Shown piece by piece: positions 37,686-49,950 of a stretch of DNA of 64,000 bases; within the stretch, counting starts at the first letter, position 1; each line of letters starts with the position of its first letter. The stretch spans positions 95,792,001-95,856,000 of the forward strand of contig CM052816.1 in the NCBI GenBank assembly GCA_028534125.1. The letters are read 5' to 3'. Source of the DNA: Lama glama. Lineage: Eukaryota. The translations under genes were made by a program, and so were the position numbers. Below the pieces are notes generated by a model. It did no database searches. It was not told where the DNA came from and saw only the letters and a program-made list of their open reading frames with translations.

Positions 37686-39289
37686 AGAAGTCCCAGTTTT
37701 AAATTTGGAAAATCTACAAGAAATCAAACCCAGTAGATTCTAGGATTCCACCACCTAGTTCACCCCATTCTCTTGGGAGGCCCTCTCCATCACTGCGTGC
37801 ACCATGGGTTTGGGCGTCTCACTAGTAACCCAGGGGCCCTCCTGGCTGCTCGTTACTAAGTCCTACAAACATGTCCAAAGTGGACTGCCTGATGAAATGC
37901 CTCCCTGACTCCAGGGCTTAAGGTCTATCTTCTCAGGATTCTATAATTTTGAATTTATTGCTCTTATCACTGCTCTGGAAGAATTATATTGCAATCCGTA
38001 TTTTTTTCCTAAATGGCAAGGTCTTCTGAGCAACGCTTCTCCAGAACCACTTTCAACTCTTCTGCCAGCGTCTAGCCAGGTGGCTGCACATGGTATGCAC
38101 TTAGAATCTGGCCCTGAAGCCATACCATCACACTTGCTTGTAAAAGTCCCTGAAGCAAAAGTCATGTTGAAGAAATGAGGTCATTGATCTCAGGGACTTG
38201 TCACTTATTACCTGTATTCTGCACAAGGAGATAACTTGCCTCCACGGCTCATCAGAAAACTCTGGGTCTCGTCGGGAAAGCTGCTTCGAAACACAAAGAC
38301 TACATTTGTAGTCCACACATGGTAGGGCAGAATTTAAACAGATTTTTTTTCCCCTTGGAAATAAAAAAGGGGAAAACATTTTCTTTTTGCATAAAGAGTA
38401 ATTTATTTATATTCTAACTCCTTGCAAAGGAAGACAGAAAATGACTTGAGAAGGTACAATAGTTCAACGTCATAAAAAATTTAGGAATATCTACAAGAAG
38501 CATTTTTAGAAAGTCAAATAAAAGAGAAGGGGTCTGAAATTAAAACAGAGCCAGAAGAAGGGTCTCCTGGCAGGTCAGACAGTCTTACACCCAGGAGGAG
38601 GTGAATAGCAAATTCAGTTCTGGGCTGATGCGGCGGAACAGAAGATGCAAATGAAATCAGACTCAGAGTTGAATTTTGAGAAGGCGTAGACTAATCAGGA
38701 CAATGCTGCTCCTCCTGACACGGAGGGAGGAGCTGTTTCTTCCTTAAGTCTTCACGGGGAAGGCTTTCTGCAAAGGCGTGACTGTGATTCTCAGTCACAG
38801 GCCCGCAGGAGGCGGTCTGAGATGCATTCCGTGGCCACAGGTCAAAGGTCAGGAGGTCATTCTGAAGGGATGAAGGAGGGCGCTCTGCTCCATTCCCAGT
38901 GCTCCCTTGTTGGGACGGTACACTTTCTTTATCTATAAATCCAATACAAAGGCTTCCGCTAGGACTGGGCAGGGGCATTTTTTCCCATAAGGGGCTTTTC
39001 AAATATATTTGCAAGTGATGTTAATTTGTATATAAGCAGGGATTATAAAGTTTCATCTTTCATACATGCTCTGTTGAGAAGAGTCATTTTAACGTAAGAG
39101 GAGGAGGAAGGGAGGCCCCTGTCACAGACCTGCAAGTCTCCATGTATGAAAGGAGTGCCCCAAAGCTCCAGTCCTCACAAACCTGAGACCCGGGCATGTG
39201 GAGGGGGTGAAGCCAGTGGCCTGATTCTGATCTCCGACCCCCTTGGGGAACCTGAAGACCCCTGACCCGGATCTCCTGACGGTGGCATC

Positions 39290-39530
39290 AGTCTGCCTGT
39301 CGGTGCTGGTGGCGGTCAGCGCGCTCCACTCACACGTGGACGTCTCTCTGCAGATGTGAACATATGGGGGGGGGGTCTGTCCTGCAGATGCCCGCGTTTC
39401 TTTTCTTTATACATTGCCTCTCGTTTTAATGAAATAAACCCAGAGCATTTTCCTGGGCGCGGCCCCGCTGGAGAGCCCCGGGCAGGCTGAATGGGCTCCG
39501 CCCCTGGGAGCGTCATACCAGGTGGGGGCC
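39290..39530. promoter_or_regulatory. Small CpG/GC-rich patch, candidate regulatory element
   Basis: CACGTG near 39333, two CAGATG E-boxes, GC box ctccgcccc near 39496-39504, ttttaatgaaataaa AT core. Confidence 0.35.
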
Positions 39531-39718
39531 ACCCTGACCAGTGCCGCCAGGGGGCACCCGCAGCTGCGAGGGCAGGTGGAAGGTCCCCCCACCTCCTTGC
39601 TCCTAGTGAGGCAGCAGATCCCAGTGGGGCATTTACAGGGCTTGGGAAGCCTGGGCCAGAGAAGGCGAGGGGCTGAGGCCAAACAGCACGTGCTCTGGGA
39701 TAAAGCCCAGTTCCAGAA

Positions 39719-39925
39719 CAGCGGTTCTCAACCAAGGGCAACTTTGCCCTCCAAGCGACATCTGGCTGCAGATATTTTTCATAGTCACAGCCTGCCGTGT
39801 CCTACTGGCATGTCCTAGGCAAAGACCGGGGACGCTGCTCAACATCCTGCACAGCACAGGGCAGCCCCACAGCAAAGAAGGATCCGGCCAGAGGGTCAGC
39901 AGTGTCGGGGTGGAGAAACTCCACT
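39719..39925 (+). mobile_element. MER20 hAT-Charlie element, near full length
   Basis: cagcggttctcaaccaagggcaactttgccctcc...tactggcat...ggggacgctgctcaacatcctgcacagcacagggcagcccc...gtggagaaactcc. Confidence 0.92.
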
Positions 39926-40097
39926 CCAGAAGGAAGCACAGGGAAAAGTGGGCCAGGCACAGAGTGAAGTGAAGCAGAGAAGGCAGCTGGGGCAGGCATC
40001 GCCACAAAGACAAAAACTGTTGTTAGAGAAGTTGGTACAACACACGCATGGGAGCCAACGGTAAAGCTAAGGGAAAACAGGGTTTAAAAACTTCAGT

Positions 40098-40470
40098 AAC
40101 ATATGATATCATTTATATGTGGAATCTAAAATTAGATGCAAATTTCATTTACAAATTAGAAATAGACTCACCGACATAGGAAACAAGCTATGATTACGAA
40201 AGGAGAAAGGATGAGGAGGGATAAATTATCAGCTTGGAATTATCAGACACACACTACTGTGTATAAAATAGAAAAGCAACAACAGGACCTACTGTACAGC
40301 ACCGGGAACTATATTCAGTTTCTCGTAACAAGCTAGAATGGAAAATAATCTGAAAAAAAAAAAAATATATATATATGTATATATATGTATAATTGAACCG
40401 CTTTCCTGTACACCTTAAACTAACATTGTAAATCAACTACACTTCAATAAAAAATAAGATTAAAAAAAAT
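40098..40470 (+). mobile_element. 5'-truncated L1 3' end with poly(A) signal and tail
   Basis: atatgatatcatttatatgtggaatctaaa...acctactgtacagcaccgggaactatattcag...acattgtaaatcaactacacttcaataaaaa; degenerate TSD aaaaacttcagtaa / aaaaatttcgattaa. Confidence 0.93.
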
Positions 40471-40619
40471 TTCGATTAAAGGCCACTATGAATCTTCAGA
40501 AAAATCAGCCGTACACAAGCCAGGTGGAGTCTCGCTGGCAGGTGATCCATCAGCATTGCAGAGCTGGTGCTGGTACATTTGGGGGGATGCAGGGAAAGCA
40601 CCCATTCACATGTTGCACC

Positions 40620-40820
40620 CCTAATTTATGCTGAGCATTTTGCATCTATCTCCTTGTTGAATTCCCACAAGAATCTCGTCAGCTAGGAAGTGGCATCCTC
40701 ACTGCATAGATGTATAAACTGAGGTTCAGAGAGGTTAATGAATTTCCTAGTATCACACAGCTGGTAAATGGCTGAGCTGAGACAGCCACCTGACATCAAA
40801 CCCACGCTCCTTGCTGCCTC
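40620..40820 (-). mobile_element. MIR SINE
   Basis: aaactgaggttcagagaggttaatgaatttcctagtatcacacagctggtaaatggctgagctg. Confidence 0.85.
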
Positions 40821-41344
40821 CTGCTGGAGACCTGGGAGCTTGAGGGTCTTGGTGACTGGAAAGCCTACGGTGTTATAATAACAGAGAAAGAAAAGGCAGG
40901 GATGTGTGGTATTTGGTGAATAGGAGGGTATCTTTTCATATGGAAATATGCTCTCCAAATTCTATCTGCTTCTAACGTAAAGCATGAATCTCCAGGTTAC
41001 TCCCCCTTCTCAATCCCAATCCACTCTCAGGAAAATTGTATTCACTCTTTGAGCTGTTTCCTATCAGAGTTATGTCTGTATCTCTAAATACATGTCTTCT
41101 GTCACTCATTATTGATATGCAAATATTAGACTTTATCTATAGACTTTCTATTATGAGAGACACAGATTTCTCTGACCCGCTCTACCTCCCCTTTTGACAT
41201 CCTCCCAATATAGCTTCACTGCTCATTGGAGTGAACGGTGTGCAGTTGTGAATGACACTGAGCCACAAACATGGTGAAGATGCAGTCTCTTTCCTTGACG
41301 AAGTTTAATCACCGTGGGAGGAAACACATGGAAATAAGTCATTC

Positions 41345-41585
41345 CCTTACAACATCATAACCTCTGTGAGAGAGCCATTTACAGGCAATAGACAAGGGGC
41401 TCCTGATTCTCCCTAAAATGCTTAAGTCAAGTTTTAAAGGATGAGTAGAGTTTGCCAAAGGTTCAGAAGTGGTGGTGCGATGAGTGAAAGGATCGAGATA
41501 CTGGGTTTTCAGCAGAGGCAGGAAATGTGCAAAAATTCTAAGGCCTGAGAGAGAACAAGCCATTCAAAGGGTCTGTAGTAAGTAG
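41345..41585 (-). mobile_element. L2 fragment
   Basis: agttttaaaggatgagtagagtttgcca...ttcagcagaggcaggaaatgtgcaaaaattcta. Confidence 0.6.
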
Positions 41586-41659
41586 GGATTAAGTACAATA
41601 ATCCACGCACAACACTCACTCAAGTACAGTGCCTGACAAAGAAGACATCTGAGAAACGT

Positions 41660-41980
41660 GGGGTGATGCTTTTGTTGCTATTTTTGGTGAAGATAATTGT
41701 GTTGTTGCCGGTGGTTGTGTTGTTGGTGGGGACGGTGGTGGCGCCTTCGTTGTGGAGGTCAGTGGAGCCCACGGTGGCTTTGCTGTTGCTGAGGGGGACT
41801 GTGGAGTGATAGTCATGGTCTTGTTGTTGATTCTGTTGTCATTGTTGGTGTTAGATGTGTTGTTTTGGGGGGCGAAGCTGCTGGTGGGTTTACTGCTGTT
41901 GCTGGTGGCGGCTGTAATGGTGTATACGAAACGGTCCGTGGCTGGACCACAGGAAGTGAGAGTGACTGGAGTTGAGGTTG
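41660..41980 (+). repeat. Degenerate (GGT/GTT/GCT)n low-complexity tract following a MIR 3' end
   Basis: Triplet-periodic G/T-rich sequence directly after aagtacagtgcctgacaaagaag. Confidence 0.8.
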
Positions 41981-42889
41981 GCCTCCTCTCTTCAATTTGA
42001 CTGTCTTCTGTTCACAAAAGTTGTGCTGTTGGGTTTACGTGACACAATGCAAAGATGGGTAATACGATTTTGTCCCTCAGAGTCCACGGTAACAGTGCAC
42101 TTGAAACTATACCCAAGATTTAAGAAATTTTAAAATGTCAATCCATCTGCAAGTTGGAGTAGCGAACTTGGAGCCCTAGGAGAGCAGATGGTGGCAAGCT
42201 CCCAAATGCCAGCTTGACCCCAGACTGAAATAGTTCTGTGCACACGACTGATCGCCATCCTGCTTTCACTCACGTCCATCTGCTTCGGAGGCAGGATGCC
42301 CATTCAAGAACTGGGCAAATCTTTGTCGTGCAGCAGAGGCACATGGTGGCAGGCTGCTCTGTGGGGCCATTTCACAGCTTGAATGACCACCTCTGTGTAA
42401 GCAGCACAGGGAATGCTGAGCTGAGGGCAGCTGTCCAGGGCCCCGTCTGCAGTGACGGTGCCAGGTACACTCCAGCATCCGTGTTCCAGCCTTGGCATCA
42501 CCGTGGGCTACGGATCTGCCTGCTCATTCACCATGTGCTTTTGACATTTTACAACCCAGGTGGTATTTCTCTGCAGTGAGCTTAGAGGGTTGTGTGAGGG
42601 ATCAGTTTTACAGAAAATAGCACAGGCGGTGGAAAGAAAGAAGATAGAACCTCGGGTACTAGATATAAGTAAAAGGAATATGGGAATTTAGAGCTTTGCC
42701 TTGCAAGTCTGCGGCCAGCCTGTGATGCTGCGGCTTGGCGTTTCTATGTTTTTCGGTAGAACATTCCGCAACAGCCTTGCTCCAAGGGAAAGTGTAGACG
42801 ACGTTTTGGCAAAAAAGCTGCCCATTGAGTTTCCCTAGAAAGCAGCAAATTCAACCTTTTCATCTCTTAGAGGTTGAGCCCAAATGTAG

Positions 42890-43215
42890 ATGTGTCCGTT
42901 AGAGATTGTTGCATAAAAAATTACACTGAATCTCTTCCTGGGCTGTGGGCGTGGGGGCCTCAGTTCCTCTCCAGCTATTGGCCAGAGGCCGTCGTCAGCT
43001 CCTTGGCCCCTGGGCTCACAAAATGGCAGCCTGTTTCAGCAGAGCAAACAAGCCGGAACAGCCAAAGAGAGAGAAAGTGGGAACAGGAAGAAAATCCGTC
43101 TTGCGTAACCTAATCGCAGGAGTGACATACCCTTACTCCGGCTGCGGTCTCCTCGTTAGAAGCAAGTGAGGTCCAGCTCGTCCACGAGGGGAGGAGATCA
43201 CACAAAGAGGCTAAA
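42890..43215 (-). mobile_element. MLT1F-like MaLR LTR, internally deleted
   Basis: ggcctcagttcctctccagctattggccagaggcc...taacctaatcgcaggagtgacatacc...gttagaagcaagt. Confidence 0.75.
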
Positions 43216-43369
43216 AATACTCAAAACTAAAGCTGCCAAAATTGAGTAACACATCTTCAGGAGATGAGCAAGAAAGAGGGAGAAAAATCCAGCAACAACC
43301 AAAATATGATGATGATGATACTTTTTGTTTGACATTTTTTAAAAGGTTTTATTTATTCATCGCCTAACG

Positions 43370-43560
43370 TGGGTTAGTTGGGACACTACGTACTTTCAAT
43401 ACTGTCTTTGGTTTCACTGTTACATAATGCTGCGAGCTGAGGGTCGGCTGTAGTTTATGGATGAAGAGTGCGATCTCGGGGGAGTTGGATGACGGGGCTG
43501 GTTAGCAGCACCAGGGTTATAACCCAGCCTGACTACAGCTCTAACCACAATGCTAACAGC
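43370..43560 (-). mobile_element. MIR SINE (highly decayed)
   Basis: tttatggatgaagag...gctggttagcagcaccagggttataacccagcctgactacagctctaaccac. Confidence 0.5.
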
Positions 43561-43634
43561 TTCTCCATGTTTCTGGAATTTTCCAATGCATTGTCATATA
43601 CACCTTTCTTCTGGACTATTTAAAAATGCGTTTA

Positions 43635-43842
43635 CATATCTGTAGCTTACTATAAGGTACTGAGTGTAGTTCCCTGTGCTGTACATCATGACCTCCTTGT
43701 CATATCTGTTGTTATTATCTATCTATTATCTATCAGCATTGTTGTCTGTTCTATACACTGAATCGCTGTGTTGTACACCAGAAACTAACACAACGTTGTC
43801 AATCAACTATACTTCAATAAAAAATATAACAATAAATAAAAT
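43635..43842. mobile_element. Short 5'-inverted L1 3' end
   Basis: Antisense piece (tactataaggtactgagtgtagttccctgtgctgtaca) joined to a sense terminal piece (actgaatcgctgtgttgtacaccagaaactaacacaac...tatacttcaataaaaa). Confidence 0.8.
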
Positions 43843-44067
43843 GATGAATCACTGAAAAAAATGTATGCAACATTAGTATCAGACATACTCTTCTCACAAG
43901 AACCCCCATGCTTTCCATGTTTTGGAAAGCTCCTTTGCTCTTTGCTGGCATAAATTTTGCTCCTAGACTGTCAGAGAACTTCTGCCCAGACTGGCTTTAT
44001 TGTCTATCTATGTAAGCAGATTACACACTGATTGGGAAAACCTCACACACTCCCAATTCTCAGCTAC

Positions 44068-44710
44068 ACTACTGGTGGGAATGTAAATTGGTGCAGCCAC
44101 TAGGGAGGATAGTATGGATATTACTTAAAAAACTAAAAATAGAGTTACCATATAATCCACCAATCCTACAAAGGTGAAAACTGTAATTCAGAAAAATACA
44201 TTCACCCCAATGTTCATAGCAGCAATATTTACAATAGCCAAGACATAGAGACAACCTACATGTCTATCGACAGATGACTGGATAAACAAGTTGTGGTGTA
44301 TTTCTACAATGGAATACTACTCAGTCAGAAAAAATAATGTAATAATGCCATTTGCAGCAACATGGATGGACCTGGAGATTGTCATTCTAAGTGAAGTAAG
44401 CTAGAAAGAGAAAGAAAAATACCATATGATATCACCCATGTTGACTCTTAAAAAAAAAGACATAATTGAACTTATTTACAAAACAGAAACAGACTCAGAC
44501 ATAGAAAACAAACTATGGTTACCAAAGGGGAAAGTAGGGGTTGGGGGAGGATGTTGGGATGTTAGGATTAACATATACAAAATAGACAAATAATAAGGTC
44601 CTACTGTATAGCACAGACAACTATATTCAATGTCTTTTGTAACCTATAATGAAAAAGAATATGAAAAGGAATATGTATTTTTAAATGTAAGATTGAAACA
44701 TTATGCTGTA
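44068..44710 (+). mobile_element. L1 ORF2 end and 3' UTR, lacking the terminal segment and poly(A)
   Basis: ggtgggaatgtaaattggtgcagccact...atgccatttgcagcaacatggatggacctggag...cctactgtatagcacag...tgaaacattatgctgta. Confidence 0.93.
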
Positions 44711-44714
44711 TTTC

Positions 44715-45190
44715 TCCCAGGTGATCTGTTTGTTTTTAGTGGGAAATTGTATTAGGGACCAAGATCTGGGCATTAGGTGTGTTCTTTGATACTGGGGTGT
44801 TCTTACCAATATCAAAGTATCTTTCAGGGACCAGAACCAAGAAATAAATGCATGTGCTAACATATACATAAAAATATATATATGCACATATACACATACA
44901 TAAACACATACATAAACTCATGTGCACATAAGCATGCATGCACATGTACACAAACACATTTTGAAAACATGAGTTCATGGTTCACAACAATATTTGCAAT
45001 TCCAGTCCATCTCTGTAAGGTTCTTTCTTGCCTTCTCCATTTCCCATATATTCGTGTCTCTTCTTCCACAGTGAGAACCCTGGCCTCCAAAACCATTAGC
45101 ATATTTACTAAGTTGCTCAACAGTGTAATATATCTAAAATAGTGTCCGAATTGCTTTGTTCATAACACTATGATAAATAAATCTACTGTT
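44715..45190 (-). mobile_element. Old L1MC/MD-type 3' UTR with CA/TA low-complexity tract
   Basis: agggaccaagatctgggcattaggtgtgttc...ttccacagtgagaaccctggcctcc...catatttact. Confidence 0.7.
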
Positions 45191-46505
45191 CTTCTGTATT
45201 GGGCTTATTTCACTTAGCATAATGTCCTTTATATTTATCCATGTTGTCACAAGTGACAGAATTTCTTTCTTTTATAAGGCTGAATAATATTCCATTCTAT
45301 GTATACAATACATTTTCTTTATCTGTTTATCTATCAATGGACAGTTAGATTGCTTCAATGTGTTGACTATAGTGGATGATGCTGCACTGAATATGGGGGT
45401 GCAGATATCTCTTTGAGATCCTGATTTCAATTCCTTTGAATATATACCAAGGAGTAGGATTGCTGCATCATATTTTGGTTCTCGTGTTAGTATTTTAAGG
45501 AACCTCCAAATGGTTTTCCACAGTGACTGCCCAAATGCATATTTACACCAACAGTTTACGAGGTTTCCCTTTTCTCCACATCCTAGTCAATACTTTATTT
45601 TCTCTTGTCTCTTTGGTAAGAGCCATTGTAATAGAGGTGAGATAATATCTTACTGTGGTATTGATTCGCATTCCTTTGACGGCTAGTGTTGTCGAACACT
45701 TTTTCATATACTTATTGGCAATTTGCATGTCTTCTTTGGAGAAATGTCTCTTTAGTTTCTTTGCCTTTTTTTTTTTAGAATTATTTTGGGGTTTTGTTTG
45801 TGTTTGTGTTTTGCTTTGTTGCTATTGAGTTGTAGGAGTTCCTTACATATTTTGGATATTAAATCTTTACCAGATATATGACTTACAAATATTTTCTCCC
45901 ATTCCATAGTTTGCCTTTTCATTTGTTGATTATTTCCTTTGCTGCACAGAAACTTTTTAGTCTGATATAATCCCACTTTATTTTTGCCTTTGTTGGCATG
46001 CTTTGGTGTCGTATTCAAAAATATTGTAAAAAACCAATGTCAAGAAACTATATTTTCTTCTAGGAGTCTTGTGGTTTCAGGTCTTATGTTTAAATCTAAT
46101 CTATTTTGAGTTGATTTTGTGGATGGTAGAAGATAAAGGTTTAACTTTATTCTTTTGCATGTGGATATCCAGTTTTTTCACACCATGTATTGAAGAGGTA
46201 ATCCTTTCCCCATTGTATATGCTTAGCATCCTTGTCAGAGATCAGTCGACCACATATGTGTGGTTTTATTTCTGGGTTCCCTATTCTATCCCATTGGTGT
46301 GTATGTCTGTTTCTATGCAAGTATTATACTGTTTTGATTACTGTAGCTTTGTAATGTATTTTGAAGTCAGGAAGTGTGATGCCTCTAGTTTTGTTCTTCT
46401 TGCTCAAAATTGCTTTGGCTATTTGAGGTCTTTTGTAATCCCGTATGAATTTTAAGATTTATATTTCTATTTCTGTAAAATTTTCCATTAGGGTTTTAAT
46501 TAGAT
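45190..46505 (-). mobile_element. L1MA/MB-type ORF2 C-terminal region and 3' UTR
   Basis: ggcttatttcacttagcataatgtcc...gtgcagatatctctttgagatcctgatttcaattcc; minus-strand ORF fragments carry L1-like peptides (MKKCSTTL...RYYLT; MEWEKIFVSHISGKDLISKICKELLQLN). Confidence 0.95.
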
Positions 46506-46509
46506 ACAT

Positions 46510-47280
46510 AGATGGCTTTACAACTTTACAATTTTTAAAATAAATTATTATTATGTATCTTTTTTCTGTAACATGTGTTGTAAGTCTTTTCTTCTCATTT
46601 GTTTCATTTTTTTTTTGCTTAAGTTGTATTTATGCCATCCAAAATTTTAATCTTATTTTACAGTTAAACTTATCAATTTTATGGCATTTACTTTCAAGTC
46701 ATAATTAGCAAGCTTTTTGTTATACTCAACTTATAGGAGAATTTACCACTGGTTTTCTTTAGTATGTATATCTATATAACTATATATTTTACACTTAGAT
46801 CCCTTATCTGTTTGGAACTTATTTTTGTGTATGGTTTGAGGACTGGATCTAATTTAATTGTTTTTCCAAATGACTAACCAATTGTCCCAACATCCTTTAT
46901 TCAAGAGATTATTGTTGTCCCAGTGATCTGAGATCCCTTTTTGCAATTTTCCTTTATTTTGTATTCTGACCCACTGTTCTGTCCAGTCATGTGCCAGCAC
47001 CACGCTGTTTTAACTGTGTAGGATTTGTATTATGTTTTAATATCTGGTAGGTCTATTCTTTCTCCTCAATTCGCCCCACCCACTGAGCTCTTCCTTGTCG
47101 GTGTTTTCCTAGCTATTCTTGTGTGTTTATTTTTCTAACTTGTCTAACTCCATTAAGAAGCTTCTTAGAATTTTTATTAGGATTGCATTACATTTATAAA
47201 TCAACTTAGGGAGAACTGACACCTGGATAACATAGAGACATCTGAACTAAGAACAAGGGATGTTGTTCTTTTTGTTCAAT
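46510..47280 (-). mobile_element. Older L1M ORF2 remnant
   Basis: ttggaacttatttttgtgtatggtttgag...aattgtcccaacatcctttatt...ggattgcattacatttataaatcaacttagggagaactgaca. Confidence 0.8.
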
Positions 47281-49799
47281 TATTCTTATCTTCCCTTCTT
47301 ATTTCCGTCTTCCCCTTTACTGCTTCATCTCCAAAGGGTACCATGTGTTTTCTGTGTACCAGTTTCTCTCCCACAAGTAATGCTTGAGGCTGTCCCTCCT
47401 GGTCCCGCCCACTTCCAAGCTCCTTTTCCGTAGCAGTACTATGAGTCTCTAATTCCTGACTGGTGACGAGTAATTTTGCATTTATTATTTCACTTCCTCT
47501 TTCTGAGAGCAATTTTGTCTGTACTTCTAAGCCCTCTAGTGCCTCTTCTCTTTTTTGTAGCTCATTCCAGTCTCCCTTCTCTGCTCTCTGCATCCACAGA
47601 CTCTCAGAAGCAGAGAGTGGGCAGAGGAGCACCACTGGGATTTGTTGCTTTTTTCCTCTACTCTCAGGTAATCTAAAGGTTGAGGCTTTCTCTGTCTTCT
47701 GGCAGTACTGAAGGCAGGAGTCCTATTTAGTTTCATTTGTTTTCCTTAATGATTTCATGGTTCTTTTGGGAGGGAGGCCAAAGTTCAGAACAATTCCATC
47801 ATTGTTCTCCCAACGCTGAAGACTGTATTTTAGCAAGTTTGATATCTAAGCAAATCTACAGGTAAATTTCAAATCAAAAGTTGCCTTCTCTCCCACTAAA
47901 GAAGGACCTGAGTATGTTTATAGATTATGGAGTAAAGAGAAGGTATAATTTCAACTGATAAAGAAATATTGTGCCCCTACACAAAAGGGGCTTGTTCAGG
48001 GAAACTTTGAGGGTAGAAATTAGGGAAAAATTCAGTCCACATTTGGGTAATTGTGGGAAGGAGTTTTAGGAGTAAGTGTAGATAAAAACTATAAAACATA
48101 GACTTGGTGGAAATCTGGGTTTGACTTAATCTGATTGAGGTCCCAGGGGCTTGGTCCCACTGTAATAACATAGGCAATCTAAGTTAGGTTGTGTTTAAAT
48201 GAATATGATTCACAAATTAATGGTACCATAATCACCCTCCCTCCCCACCATGTCCTGATTTTTGGCAACAAAAAAAGTCTGTGACCTGCGAAATTGGGTG
48301 TGCTTCTCCCTATTTGGGGGCTACCATAATAACATGATAGTATGCAGCTGGTTTATTGTGACTTCCAAACTGTAGAGTATACAGACAGGAAATGACTTCA
48401 TTTTTCTCCCACTCGTATTTTCAATCTTGCTCTGTTGGAGCTTCCTTCCATGCTAATTGAAGATATCTCAGGCAGATCTATATAGCTTTCTTGATGCTTT
48501 GGCTCATTTTGATAGAGAAGATTCACTGACAGGTGTTATAGATCTAGTTAGATTTAAAGCCTTCAATCTTACATTCAGTGCAAAACTACTCCCCAACCCT
48601 AGCTCAGGGTCCTATGTGGGGAAGGTAGACATGTTGTACTCCATGCCTTCTCCTCTTGCCTCATTCCTTCTCCCCACCTCTCCAGGACAGGGGCAGGGCC
48701 AAACTGAATAGAAGAAAGGGGAAAAAAATCTTCAGTGTTTGATGCTGTTGTAACCCATCTGCCCCTCTATGCAATTGGTTTCCCAAAGCTGATACTCCCT
48801 TGGGAGGTGCCTCTGTGGTAGTCTGGCAACCCTACCGAGGTCTCAGCCAATATATCAGTGAACTCTGCAGAGGGCCTCTTAAAATCCTCTTTCTGCTTTT
48901 GTTCTGATAGCATACCTGCAGCCTCCTGGTGATGGGACCCCTCACTTTGGTAGGCTGCTCTGCTGGGTGGGTGCTTCTGCACTGCTTGGCTTGGCCCCTA
49001 TCTCTAGCATCCTTGCCATTCAAGATAGTGGACACACAAGGGCCCCAAGTGGGTTCTCTCTCCCTAGCTCTTACATCACACTGCTCCAGTCAGCCTCTCA
49101 TCTTCCAAATCCTCCAGGCGAGAAGCAGGCAACAGTCGCTTCTTACATACACCCCTCAATTCTAAGAAACCCACATCTATCCCTCCCAGGAGCTCCCCTT
49201 CATGCTTTACTTAGCATGCGAGGCATTAGCTGCAATGGGGAGTAAGATGCCAGTCTCTCCCTCTTAAAGTGTGCGTAGTGTTTTCTGAGATCTCTTCCTA
49301 GAGCTTTTTCCTTAGCTTGAGAGGGTGGGCAAGTACCTCGCTCCCTGCTCTCCTGGAGAGACAATTCACAGCAGTCTCCTCCCTGGTTGTTCAATCTTGT
49401 TTTGACTCATTCCTTTCAATGAACTCACTTATTCACACATATGTATTACATATACAGAGATTTTCTACATGTAACATATACATGACATGTAAACGTGTAA
49501 TAGAAATGTATAAGTTGCATACTGTATACATATTGCATATATCACGCTAGACACACAATTTGGTCAGTAGATGGGCTCTTCAGTCTTTTAATAGGTCCAG
49601 AAGGAATACATTAAGCTTTTTAGTTTGGAACACAAGGGGCTTTCCCCCTATTTGTTTGAAGCTCCAGCCAGAATTCTGAACCAAAGGGAATGGTGTCAAC
49701 CATGTTCTGTTACAAACACTTTCTACACTTCTTGATCATCTCTTGTGTGCTAATCCCTCTTCCAAATGCTTGAACTAATTTTCATATTGTTCCTGTAAG

Positions 49800-49950
49800 G
49801 TGTTTTTTATTTACCTCCTTTTACAGAGTAGGGTATTGGGGTTCAGAGAGGCAAAACATCTTGTCCAAGATCACACATCTGGGCAGGCCAAACCTGGCTA
49901 TGGCTGGAGCTCTGTCTGGTGATGGGGCCTGTGCTCTGTACTTCATCATA
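49800..49950 (-). mobile_element. MIR SINE
   Basis: ttttacagag...gggttcagagaggc...cttgtccaagatcacaca. Confidence 0.7.

Noticed and set aside
41616..42000. Mucin-like Thr/Pro/Ser exon (minus) or hydrophobic membrane peptide (plus)
   Set aside because: Both are by-products of a degenerate (GGT/GTT)n tract at a MIR tail. The triplet phase shifts internally and there are no supporting neighbouring exons.
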